A stretch of DNA of 64,000 nucleotides from Eledone cirrhosa (taxonomy: Eukaryota). The position numbers and the translations under genes were made by a program. The stretch is taken from positions 86,056,001-86,120,000 of the forward strand of contig OZ024743.1 in NCBI GenBank assembly GCA_964016885.1, read 5' to 3'. Below are positions 45,716 to 58,104 of the stretch, one piece after another (the first letter of the stretch is position 1; the number at the start of each line of letters is the position of its first letter). The notes below the pieces were generated by a model. The model saw nothing but the letters and a program-made list of their open reading frames with translations. It did not search any database and was not told where the DNA came from.

Positions 45716-47350
45716 AAATAACATTACAAATGGTTACTTAACATTATAAATTGCTCGCGATTCTTTGAGGCAAGCCAGTATACTCGCAGTGTTACCTCGG
45801 GTGATGGCGAGGCTAATGCGCTGGAACAAACAAGCGCCCTCACGAGATTCGCCAGTTACCTCTATTAGGCGAGCCACCAGTGAAGAGAGGAACCTCGCAG
45901 TCAGCGCCCCGACTCCCCCAAACGTCTCGAAAGCCACAGGCTGAAAAATATAGCTGGCTGACAGATCACAGTATTTGAGGGTCTTACTCCGCTCGGCTGC
46001 GGAAGCTGTGGTTCTCGTCCTAACCGCAGCATCCAGGATGTGGGAAAAAGCAAAAGAGTCACTAACAGGGGCACAGGGTAAGGCCGTCAGGTCTTTTGCC
46101 GTCACTTCTGGACATCCCAGATGGTTCTAAGATTGAGGGGATGTTAATAATAATAATAATGAAATTATTGTGTAAAGTGCTCAGGTGCACTACAACTCGT
46201 CAATATAGTACATAGAATAATACACAAATGCCAGGGAAGTACATGTTTGTATGTGTTAGCTGTAGTGTTGGCGGATCTCGGGAAGCATGGAGGCCTTAAA
46301 GGATGCAGTGTCTCAACAGCTAACAACTGATGCAGGTAGTTTGTTCCATGCTTCAGCAACTCTGAGCGTGAAAAAATGTTTCCGAAAGTCATGGGAACTG
46401 TGCTGTTTTCTTACTTTGTGGGCATGTCCATGTGTGTTAGACACATGGAAATCGAAAAGGCACTCAGGGTTGTTGTTGGCAACATGGTTAACAATTTTGT
46501 GGGTGTTTACCAAGTCAGTTGCCAGGCGTCGGAGCTTCAATGAATCCATGCCCAGGGAAGCAAGGCGCTCAGAGTATGGTAGATGCCTGATGGAGGGTAT
46601 TCGCTTGGTTGCACGTCTCTGAACAGTTTCCAGGCGGTCAATGTCCTGAGCAAGATAGGGGTTCCAGACTGGTGATGCAAATTCTAAGTGTGGTCGCACC
46701 ATAGCTGTATACAGCCTTAAATAGATATCTGGAGAGCGGCTGACAAAGGTCTTGCTGAGTGATGCTAAGACACCCTCGGCCCTCTTGACAATTTTAGAGA
46801 CGTGCCTCGTCGCCCAGGCCAAAGCTCTCTTCAGAATGAAGTTTAGCTCCAAGTGGCACACGAAGCGGCCGGCATGCAGGCGGCAAGAAAGATCGTTGAG
46901 GCCTGTGGAGTCAAAGAGTTTGCCGCATTGGCACCTAAAACCCATGCAGACGTCAGCTCCCACTCTGAGGTTGATGGAGACACGAAGTTCGTCCAGGCTG
47001 AGTAGGCCACTAACGTTGGCCATGGGTAGGGCATCAACCCAGTCGCCTGAATATTTGGCGCTGGCAGATAGTATGCGGCACCTTGCAAACTGATCTGACT
47101 GGACGAAAAGGGAGTCGAAAGTTGCCTTCGAACTTATGCTGTCCCAAGTTCTCTGACTTTGACTGTCCTCCACCACCTTCTCAGGAAGAGACAAGCCCAA
47201 CTCACTCCATTGCTGGAGAGCTTCACCCAACTCCCTGTTGGAACTAGTCCATGTTGGAGAGGAGAGGATGCTGCTCACCAGGGTGGAGCAAGTGTGGGTG
47301 GAGGAAAGGAAGCAGGGGAGAGAGAGGGGCGATTCACTTACGAAGTTCAT
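45716..47350 (-). mobile_element. CRE-like retrotransposon 3' third, interrupted by a CR1-group LINE
   Basis: SQRTWD...ARCRIL...SGDWVDALP...LRVGADVC..FRCQCGK....SC zinc knuckle, then the RLE domain. Confidence 0.82.
46147..46809 (-). mobile_element. CR1-group LINE 3' end with (ATT)n tail
   Basis: LYTAMVRPHLEFASPVWNPYLAQDIDRLETVQRRATK...FFTLRVAEAWNKLP. Confidence 0.92.
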
Positions 47351-48216
47351 GTACTATTTACGAGCATAAGTAAACAACAAAAGAGAAGTAACTCTTATGG
47401 ATTGGCAGTATCGGTAGAGGGATCGAACGCCATGCTTTGCAAGTAAAGAGTTACGGTCCTTTATGGTCCGTGTTCAAATCCCGCCGAGGTTAACTTTGCC
47501 TTTCATCCTAAACGGGGTCGATAAAATAAAGTACCAGTAATACACTGGAATAATTGCTGGCCTTGTGCCAAAAGTAGAAACAATTAATTAAAACGTTTTG
47601 TTTCTTTGAAATAAAAAAAAAATGTTCTAAAAGTGATTTTGATATACATGATACAGATAAAGGTACTTATATATATATATGCTTATATCTACAGGAGCCT
47701 ATAATTATATTCGTATATTGTTATATACATTCTATATATAATACAGATAGCTAATAATTTATCCATATATTTTATGAAAAGACTTGGAGATTTTGTGTAA
47801 ACAAGAGCTAAATACTTCATTCTAAATATGATGCTATAGTGATATTTTCCATTTATTATTATTGTTTGTGGATTGGCAGTATCGGTAGAGGGGTTGGACG
47901 CCATGCTTTCCAGCATAGTTACGTCCCTTTACGATCTGAGTTCAAATCCCGCCGAGGTTGACTTTGCCTTTCATCCTTACGGGGTCGATAAAATAAAGTA
48001 CCAGTAATGCACTGGGTGATTGCTGGCCTTGTGCCTAAAATAGAAACAACTATTGTTTATATATATATAGAGAGAGAAAGTGAGAGAATTAGGGATATAT
48101 GAAAAGTATATAAATAAACATTAACTTTTTTCTCAAATTACGTCCCTTACATCGGTTCGTTATTCTCTACGTTTACCTAACAAAGATCGCTGGTATAAAC
48201 ACGTTTTTAATATATA

Positions 48217-49265
48217 CTAGCAAAATGGCCCGACGTTGCTCGGGATTCTAAACATAGATTGGCATGTTTATCCCTCCTTTCTGAAACAGTACAGAGAAGT
48301 ACGGAATACCTCGGCTTCGGGATGGTGTCTACATTTTGTGCTTATGAAAAAATTCGTCGTAGATTACTTAATTGGGTGCCTGAGAGTAAAATGTTCAACC
48401 CACGAAAGCTAAGCATCAGCACTCCGACGACGTTGTCGTTGGTCTTCTGTCTCGGTAGCTCGTGCAGCAGAAGTTGATGTAGCATCAGCGGCTCAGTTGT
48501 ATGTTTACGTTCAGCATCTTGCGATCGTCGAATAGTAGATTCCACTGACGATTCGTTTGCCCGCCCTGTCCTTTTTCTTGCCACTTTCGCAGTATTTCGG
48601 CCAATGGAGTATCTCTTCCTTCGAGGCATGACCTAAAAGCAGGATGAAGTACACTAAGACTAACTGGTAGAGTAACGAGTAAACTCGTCAGTGATGCATG
48701 TGATTTCCGAACCGTTGACTATGCAATCGCCGGCATTGTTTGTTTATATTTTGTTTTTGTGTATGCACAAATATCTGTACACGAATATATATATTAAAAT
48801 AACAGATTAAAGTTTAAGCAAAGAATCGCTGCTTTCACTCTTAACGGGATCTTCTGAAACTAAAAAAATCAATCTGTGAACGCAGAAGTAAATATTTCGA
48901 AAAACGTTACACACACACACACTATATATATATATATATACACTATATATATACATATATACACACACATACAAATAGTGTCATAATGTCGTAATGCAGA
49001 CAGCCAGACATACAGACAGATATTATAAGGGCGCGACATTATAGCTATGTATCTATCTAAAAAGACAGACTAATAAAAGCGCGCTTTTTCGTCTAATGCG
49101 GTCCCTAGGGCATTGAAAATTTGAAATATGTTTTCCTCAAAACACTCACACATGTTTGAAATTTGAAATATCTTTTGCTCAAAACACTCACACATGTTTG
49201 AAAAAATTGGTTGGGTGGTTCTCGAGTTTTAGGGAGTCAGACATTCTCTGTTTTAGATATATAGA
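48217..49265 (-). mobile_element. Non-autonomous Helitron retaining a RepHel-like N-terminus
   Basis: Minus strand A|TCtatatatctaaaa start; 3' hairpin cccgagcaacgtcggg plus CTAG|T; ORF MPRRKRYSIGRNTAKVARKR..RANES; shares an internal block with 43910-43995. Confidence 0.8.
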
Positions 49266-49485
49266 TATGTGTGTATATATATATACATACGTACACATTT
49301 ATATGTGTATACGTGTGAGTGTATATATGTGGGTGTGTGTAACTGCTTATGTGTATAAATTAACGAATTTCATTGGTGATTTCCTTAAGAGGATGTAAAC
49401 AAATTGAAACGTACAAAATAGTAAAGTCCGGCTTATTTAGGGAACACACGGCCTGATGGTAAGTATATACATACATATCTATCTA

Positions 49486-49521
<36 letters not shown>

Positions 49522-50034
49522 CATAACTATTTATCTATATACATATAAGGAAAATTATTCTAGTCGTGATCATCCTTTTGTTTGTACTCTTGGTATAACC
49601 TGCCGTGGGGGTGCCTGAATGTTTCCACGCCTTAGTCTCGTATTCACCCGTGGTAATGTTGCGAGCGTGTTCCCAAAGTTGACCCTTATGGTGTAGGACC
49701 GATGGTCGGTGATGAATTGACAGTAGTTAATTTGTAATGTTATTTATACAATTGTGGATAAACTAATCTTCCTATTGTGTGATTTAAAGCGATCTGGCTA
49801 CTATTTTATGTAGTCGAGAGCCCACGTAGAATGATTTTCACTGATTATGCCAAGGTTAACTTTGCCTTTCATCCTTACGGGGTTGATAAAATAAAGTACC
49901 AGTAATTCACTGAAATAATTGCTGGCCTTGTGCCAAAAGTAGAAACAATTATTTTGTACGACAGTATGTGAAGACTAAAATCAAAAGAGGGTTCAATAAG
50001 GATAAATATATATATCAAATATGTGTGTGTGTAA

Positions 50035-50150
50035 GCGGGCCCTAGCTCGGATAAATATCCCCCTGTTCTGGAGCCGGTGGGATTATTCAGAAGTGACGGG
50101 AAGAGACTAGGTGACATCACCATTTGTTCGTGGATAAGAGGCAGATGTCT
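50035..50150 (+). mobile_element. CRE-like endonuclease fragment
   Basis: VLEPVGLFRSDGKRLGDITICSWIRGRCL; further 3' fragments at about 49600-49750 and 52095-52440. Confidence 0.75.
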
Positions 50151-50227
50151 ATCTTTGTTTATATTGAATAAGTTGTCATGCAACAGAATGAGCACTACTT
50201 TCTGTGATCTTTCATGTACGAATCTTT

Positions 50228-50266
<39 letters not shown>

Positions 50267-50321
50267 GCGGCGATGAATTAGTTTTGCGAGGTTTTTTATA
50301 TGAAATCGTGTGTCGAAACAG

Positions 50322-50548
50322 ATATTGTTATATTTGGGGAGGGTCATATTTGCGTAATATTGCCAGAATTAATAACAGAACACACTCACTGTTTGGTTGG
50401 TTTTCGCTTCTCGCTGTCTCAGATATATATAAAAGACAGCGATATATATATATATAAAAGACAGCGAGAAGCGAAAACAAACCAAACAGTGAGTGTGTTC
50501 TGTTATTAATTCTGGCAATATTACGCAAATATGACCCTCCCCAAATAT

Positions 50549-50556
<8 letters not shown>
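50322..50556. repeat. Inverted repeat with about 95-bp arms in a (TA)n context
   Basis: atattgttatatttggggagggtc...tcgctgtct versus agacagcgaga...ccccaaatataacaatat. Confidence 0.93.
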
Positions 50557-50585
<29 letters not shown>

Positions 50586-50969
50586 GAAAAGATTCAAGGT
50601 CCTGAATCTTTTCATATTATCCGCTCTACTACCCCAAGTATCGAGTACTCTGGTGGGTGATGGTCCACCTGGCATTTTACCACAACCTATCTGATATATA
50701 TATATACACATACATACTAGGATTGACCTGATTGTTGTTGGAGCAGGCTTGTTTTAGGTCACGTTTGTGCATTATATTTGGGAGGTTCCTAGCAATAATT
50801 AATTGTAGTTATTATGTTTTCATTCTGTAAGAATTATAAACAATTTGTAATGTTACTTATACTAACAGCCTTGTTTTAAATAACAGTTGTTTGCTCCACA
50901 TCAACACACACTGTTACGGTGTCAGTGAAATAACTAGGCGTGGACAACAGATAAACAAAAACAAATCGA

Positions 50970-51689
50970 GGCGATATCCAATTTTAGTGGACTAAATGCT
51001 GCTTACATGCTGTAGTTGCTGTTTACTTCAATGTATGAGGCTATTCCAACAAATTTACATTCCCTTTTTTTTAGCCGTTAAAAGAAATATAGATTTATTT
51101 ATTGTTTTTTTTTTGCGATTTATTTGCCACTGGGGCATAGATTTCTTTATTTGCCACGTTTTTGTTTGTTTGTTTGTTTGTTTTGCCGATCTGTGGGGAT
51201 ATGTCGCCGGCCAACAAACGGTCCTCTTCTTCCGATACCTCTTCGAAAGAAGGATCAAGGTGGAGAGAAAGGCACCCAGTCTCAGCCAATTCCATGAAAG
51301 ATGGGTGAAAGTAGCAATAATGGCCCGTGTAAGTGGGCCATCTCTCTATATCGGCTTGTACGGGTAAGAGAAGAAGGGAGCACCCGCCTCTCTCTGTGCT
51401 CCCTAGCAGAAAGGTCGCACACTTTCTACGGGGGTGTGTGTGACCCCAAAAGGCTGCCTCTCTATTGAGGACTTAAACAAACAAACAAACAAAAACGTGG
51501 CAAATAAAGAAATCTATGCCCCAGTGGCAAATAAATCGCAAAAAAAAACAATAAATAAATCTATATTTCTTTTAACGGCTAAAAAAAGGGGAGTGTAAAT
51601 TTGTTGGAATAGCCTCATACATTGAAGTAAACAGCAACTACAGCAGCATTTAGTCCACTAAAATTAGTCCACTAAAATTGGATATCGCC
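50970..51689. mobile_element. Long-TIR DNA transposon (Merlin- or MULE-like) with 8-bp TSD and internal LINE-like fragment
   Basis: About 210-bp TIRs starting GGCGATATCC; TSD caaatcga at 50962-50969 and 51690-51697. Confidence 0.85.
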
Positions 51690-53369
51690 CAAATCGAAAT
51701 AAACACCAAAGAAAAAAGAAGTCAAGTACACTACAGTCCGAGGCATTCGATTCTGTTACTTGTAATTGCATCGTTAAATCCGAAGTGATATTTTTATGGT
51801 GAACTGTGGACTCGGTATGTGCGAGTAGCTCGGCTCGCTTTAGTCAGAACTGTGGGTGTTGAAGTGCAACCGACTTTTTGTTACAATTGTTTTATTTGTT
51901 CTTTTGTTTTTCAGGCTCACCATTTATAGCGATAAGCAAAATAACAATAAACGGTGATTTGTTGAACTGTTATTTATTGTATAACAAACACTGATAAACG
52001 TAATAAAGAGCGATCTACCCCACAAAGTTTATGTCTCGTTACCCGCCTCACCGGAAGTCCCTTTTTTCTGACCTGTTGAATAAAAAACTTTTCTTGTCAT
52101 CACTGGTGGCTCGCCTTACTGAGGTACTCATGAGGATGCCTTGCCATCACCCATGGTAATGTTGCGAGCATGTTGGCTTGCCTCAAAATATTCCGTTGAC
52201 CCTTGTGATGGTCGTTTTTGCCCCCCCCCCCCCCACTTTCCTTTTCTTTTCTTTCGTTCGCTCTGGTCATATATTTTGGTGCGTTGTTTTTGTGAGGTTC
52301 TTAGCAATAGTTAATTGTATTTATTATATGTGTACCAGTAATGCACTGGGTTATTGCTGGCCTTGTGCCAAAAATAGAAACAATTATGTGTTTACATTTT
52401 CATTCTGAAAGAATTGTGAACAATTTGTAATGTTATTGAGGTGGGATGGGGGTGCACGTATAACAACTATAACGACATCGACAAAACAACAATGACAGTG
52501 TTGACAGCGTTATAACAACTGTGATCATAATCTTAACTTTTGAAAATTTATCTCTGCAAAATCTCATTAAAAATATAGATTACTAAGAGAGTCGTGATGG
52601 AATCTGTTGTAGTGACTATTGCCTGAGATACTGGAAAACCCAATTGTGGTTAAATTTCTGTTTCTGGGAAATGAGCAAGCAATTCAGGAAAATCTAAAAT
52701 TATTTCCGATAAGAACTTTAGAATAGATAGTGATATAACAGAAAATCAACGAATAGAGAGAAAGAGAGCTGTTTGTTAAAGCAGTAGAGAGAGAGAGAGA
52801 GAGAGAGCTGTTTCTTAAAGCAGTAGAGAGTGAGAGAGATGTTTGTTATGAAGTTGTAGACAGAGAAGGGGAGAGAGAGAAAAAGGTAGAGCTGCTATAA
52901 AGGAGTAAACAGAGAAAGGAAGAGGGAAAGGTAAGAGCTGCATATTATGGCAAACATTTATTTTGCTCTTCTTTTTTTAGGTCTATAGACAAGATCTCTG
53001 ACCTTATTCACACACTGAGTAGACCTGAACTTGTCAAATCGGATAAAGGAAACAATATATATATAAATCAGAGTTTTGTACCTTGTTTTAAGCATTGTTG
53101 AATAGGAAACACAAATTTAAATTTAAATAATTTTGAAAACCAACCAATGCATTAAGAAGAACATTAAATCGCCAAGATAACAAAAGAATCTTACCTTAGC
53201 AAATTTAATTGTCCCAAATATTTTCGGGTTTAAAAACCCATTATCAAGGAGAGTAACTCTATTAGAAACTTAAAAGATCAATTGGATTGACTTGCAAGTC
53301 AGTTATATATATATAAAATATATATAACTGATAGTATAGATAGGGGAAACTATAATATAGCGCTCTTTC

Positions 53370-54300
53370 CCTTGTATGACAACTACAGGAGAAGTACCTA
53401 GCTAAAAGTAAACGCCTCTACTTAGCTTTTGTTGACCGGGAGAAAGCCTTTGACAGAGTCCATTATGTGGTGGGCCCTTAGAAATCTAGATGTAGATGAA
53501 TGAGTTGTGAGAGCTATACAAGCCATGTATAAAGAAACAGTCAGCAAGGTTAGAATTAACCATGAATATAGTGAAGAATTTAGCGTAAAAGTTCGTTTTC
53601 GTCAAGACTCTGTCCTTAGCTCCCTCATGGAAACTTCTATATGCAGATGATCTAACTCTCATAGCTGAATCAATGGCTGAACTAGAGAAGAAATTCCAAA
53701 CCTGGAAGCATGGCCTAGAATCAAAAGGCCTTAAAGTTAACTTGTCTAAGACTAAAGTTCTAGTATGTAGAAAGGACAATAGAGCACAGGTGCTCTCTGG
53801 GAAATGGCCACGCTCAGTGTGTAGGAAAAGAGTAGGCATAAATTCCATTTTATGTCCGAAATGCAAACTATGGGTACATAAAAGATGTAGTGGGATCACA
53901 GGTAAGCTATCTAAGAACGTAGATTTTATATGTGGCTGATGCTCAGGTGCAATAAGTAGCAAGTGCCCACAGGATACTAGCTCCTTCTATTGCCCAGATG
54001 GTTCTATAGAAATAGTGGACACTTTCCGTTACCTGGGTGACAAAATCAGCAGTGGTGGAGGGTGCTCTGAAAGTACAGTAGCCAGAGTCAGAACGGGATG
54101 GAAAAAGTTCAGAGAGCTTATACTGCTGTTGGCCACCAAAGGTTTCTCTCTAAAATTGAAAGGCAGATTGTATGATGCTTGTATATGAACAGCAATGTTA
54201 CATGGCAGTGAGACATGGGCATTGTGTGCAGAGGACCTGCGCAGACTGGAAAGGAACGAAGCATGCATGCTCCGTTGATGTGTAATAGTAATATACATGA
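53370..54300 (+). mobile_element. RTE LINE RT fragment (family B) with Cys-rich insert
   Basis: AFVDREKAFDRV, LLYADDL, GLKVNLSKTKVL, CPKCKLWVHKRC, FRYLGD; several stops. Confidence 0.9.
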
Positions 54301-54435
54301 TGGAGGCACATGGCATTATATATATATATTATATTATATATATATTATATTATATATATATATTCATCATCATCATCATCATCATCACTGTTTTATGTCC
54401 GTGTTAATGATGATGATGAATATATATATATATAA

Positions 54436-56301
54436 CTAGCAGTAAAGCCCGGCGTTGCTCGGGGCTGCTCAGTAGCTGTGTTAAAGTTACAATGTTAAGT
54501 TCCTTTCTTGGCTTAAAAATTGTAGAGTCTACAGTGTAGACTTTCATGTGGTACTTTTGATTAATATTCCCTCAACCAACAGTATGCCTTATGAAATTTA
54601 GAAAACATAACCATAACTCGCCAGACAGTGCACGCTGTAATGTGGCCGTGTAGGCAACACGGTAAAAACCTCCCAGCCCCACAATGTACATGTGGTTGGT
54701 GTTAGGAAGGGCATCCAACTGTAGAAAACCCGCCAGACAGTCCTATGCGAGCAAGACAACCACTCTTGCCTCAAGTGGGAAAACTCCCGTCCAAACCCAT
54801 GCAAGCGTGGAACACGGACGCTAAACCTGATGATGATGATGATGATGATGAACTCGAATGTTAAAACAAAAGAGGATGCTGGAAATAAAAACTGAACTGG
54901 TAATCTATTAACAAAAATCGAAAATGTAAACACTGCAACCGTTGTCTCAGAGAAAAACATCAGCGTAACCAAACTATCAGTTATTTTGAAACAAAGAAAT
55001 TGGATGAACATGAAAAACAAAAAAAAAATGCAATTTCATCGCCTATCACCTCTCTGCACGACTGTCTGTCTGCACAACTTTATCGCCTATATCACTTCTC
55101 TGCACGACTGTCTGTCTGCGCAACTTTATCGCCTATATCACCTCTCTGCACGACTGTCTGTCTGCACAACTTTTTCGCCTATATCACCTCTCTGCACGAC
55201 TGTCTGTCTGCACAACTTTATCTCTTATATCACTTCTCTGCACGACTGTCTGTCTGCGCAACTTTATCGCCTATATCACCTCTCTGCATGACGGGGCTGC
55301 TCAATAGCTGTGTTAAAGTTACAACGTTAAGTTCCTTTCACATTCATCTGTAGAACAAACGTAGTCCATGTGTCAAGTTTTGTGAAAATCGGTTGCGAAC
55401 TCCAGAAGTTATGACGTTTTGTTGCATTGCACTGCAGTGTTTCAGTCGACTCCAACGAAGTGGTTGAAGGGGGTTATCTGCCGGGAGGCCCTTTAATCAA
55501 TATCTGGAAAAATGAAAGTGCCCATAACCATCCGGAGTACATAAGTAACCCATGTCTTAAGTTTGGTGAAAATACTGTAGAAATGCATAAGGTTTACACA
55601 CACATGCGCGTGTGTTTGTGTGTGTGTATGTATTTGTGTGTGCCTATGTATGTGTATGTCGGTCGGCGCGTACGTATGTACTGGCCTAAATCTTCACTAT
55701 TTACCTTTACTATTTTAAGGCAAAGTTAAAATCCTGTCGAGGTTAACTTTGCTTTCATCCTTACGGGGTTGATAAAATAAAGTACCAGTAATGTACTGGG
55801 AAATTGCTGGCCTTGTGCCAAAAGTAGAAACAACTATTTTAATAACCTCTGTCATTTTCGTTTACAATTTTATTTACATCATTCTTAAACTCTGGGGCTG
55901 GAAATCATTCGGTATTTTAAATAGAATATTAGTCTAACAACTCCATTTACACCATAAACTTGGTCTTGTCTTTGCATGAAATTGTTCTTCTCTGTCCACA
56001 TAACGACGTATTATCCTCGCTTTTTTTCCGTTCATTACCACGGAACGTCTTCACAAACCAAAATATCGTCTTCCTGTTTTCCTTCGGTTGCAACGTTTCT
56101 CGAAATATTTAATTCTGCGTTCACAGATTGAATTTTTTAGTTTAAGAAGATCCTGTTAATGTTGAAAGCAGCAATTCTTTGCTTAAACTTTCTTTATTTC
56201 TCAACCCCTCTCCCTTTTTTCTCATACCCTCTCTCTCTCTCACTCATACCCCCTCTCTCTCTCTTCCTGTACAGAATGGAGAACAATAAAGAATGCGCAG
56301 A

Positions 56302-56332
<31 letters not shown>

Positions 56333-56785
56333 GTCTTTATATATATGTGTTTGTGTGTGTGTGTGAACCAGCGTTCGTCGCCATTCTCTCTCTCTCTCTA
56401 TGTGATTATCTTGTACCTCTCTCTGTATAACGACCTATCTCACTCTATCTCTCTACATCTCCCTTTCTCTCTTTAGATGTATATGTGTGTGTGATATATA
56501 TATATAGAGAGAGTTGCAACATGTATGTAGTTTCATAGATTTTTTAGGGTAGTAGTGAGAGGAATTAAGCGTGTAAGAGAGAGGGTTACAGCTTGTATTT
56601 AGTTTTATCGATTTTTTTTCATAGAAGCAGGAAATTTTTGGCAAAGTTTATTACGCGTTGACCAGCCTTGGTAAATTTAGAGCACATTGGAAAAAAAGTC
56701 ATCAAAATCGGTAGAGAAATGTGGAAATGCATAAAAATCATACACACACACAGACAGACATCTTCCATTTTATATATATAGAGAT
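54436..56785 (-). mobile_element. Composite non-autonomous Helitron
   Basis: 3' end cccgagcaacgccggg...CTAG|T at 54436; 5'-type tctatatatataaaatggaagatgtctgtctg near 56785; nested repeats inside. Confidence 0.6.
55044..55292. repeat. 46-bp tandem repeat, about 5.5 copies
   Basis: tatcacctctctgcacgactgtctgtctgcacaactttatcgccta at 55044, 55090, 55136 and onward. Confidence 0.93.
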
Positions 56786-57102
56786 AGAGATATAATATAT
56801 ATATATATAATTGTTTCTACTTTTGGCACAAGGCCAGCAATTACCCAGTACATTACTGGTATTTTATTTTATCGACCCGTAAGGATGAAAGGCAAAGTTG
56901 ACCTCGGCGGGATTTGAACTCAGACTGGAAAGGGCCGTAACTCTATGTGTCAAAGCATGACGTCCGACCCTCTACTGATACTGCCAATCCACCACAATAT
57001 AATATATATATGTATGTAAAAGATAAACAGAAATAACAACACAATTGGTACAGTATATGGAATGGATATATTAGGTTAATGCTTGATATAGCAGGAAGAG
57101 GG

Positions 57103-57138
57103 TCTTAACGTTTCGGACGCTAGTCCTTCATCAGAAGA
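57103..57138 (-). ncRNA. Minimal Penelope-type hammerhead motif
   Basis: Minus strand tctt-CUGAUGA-a-ggac tagc gtcc-GAAA-cg-UU^-aaga. Confidence 0.7.
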
Positions 57139-57616
57139 AAGAATAAGAAATATGATAGCTTGAGGGGACGGGTGGGATGGAATTGGAAAAAATGTCTTTA
57201 GATAAAAATAACAGGTCCATTCATGTTGACATCTCTTGCAAAACTGTTGGTGCTGGCTATATATAATATATATATATATTATGAATGTATGTATAGTATA
57301 TATGGCAATATACTGTATCTTTAATTAAAAACATTTAGAAGACCATATGCTATCAGTTTTAAAGTAGTGACTATGTTACTTCTTTTCAGCGAAAGAAGAG
57401 AGAGAAGCTGACAGTCTGTTTCACGCTGGTTGGCATTCATCAGAGCCACGTACTCCCCTACTACTGCCGAAAATTATAGAAGCTGGATTCTTATAGAATT
57501 CCATTAATAATGAGGAGCTGATTATACAGAACGATTGCCGGTCCAGCACAAATTAGGTATTAGGATTGGTGCTCTGAAATAGCAATGTAAAATGATGATG
57601 ATGATATAATATATAT

Positions 57617-57968
57617 CATCATCACCATCATCATCTTCGTTTAACGTCCATTTTCCACGCTAGCATGGGTTAGACGGGAGTTGTCCCACTTGAGGCAAGG
57701 CTGGTCGGGTGACCGTGTCTCGCTCATATAGGACTATCTGGCAGGTTTTCTACGGCTGGATACCCTTCCTAACACGAACCACATTTACAGTGTGGAACTG
57801 GGAACTTTTTACCGTGTTACCTACACGGCCACATTACAGCGTGGACTGTGTATGTTTTTTGTCGTGACACCTACACGATCTCGATCTCATTTTCTCGTGC
57901 TGTTGGTGGGAGTGGGAGGATAGGGTAGGGGTAGTGGATTGGGGTGTATATTTGGTTAAGAGGTGCCT
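57617..57968 (-). mobile_element. RTE family B 3' UTR copy
   Basis: Inverted match to 59906-60277. Confidence 0.8.
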
Positions 57969-58057
57969 AATATATATATACATACACACATATGAAGGCA
58001 ATTTGCACACAGACAAATTAACAAAACCATCTATTTTCCTCATCAGCTACTTCTTGG

Positions 58058-58104
<47 letters not shown>

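Noticed and set aside
52990-53330. Decayed Penelope GIY-YIG coding remnant
   Set aside because: Only a vague resemblance; no readable motif.
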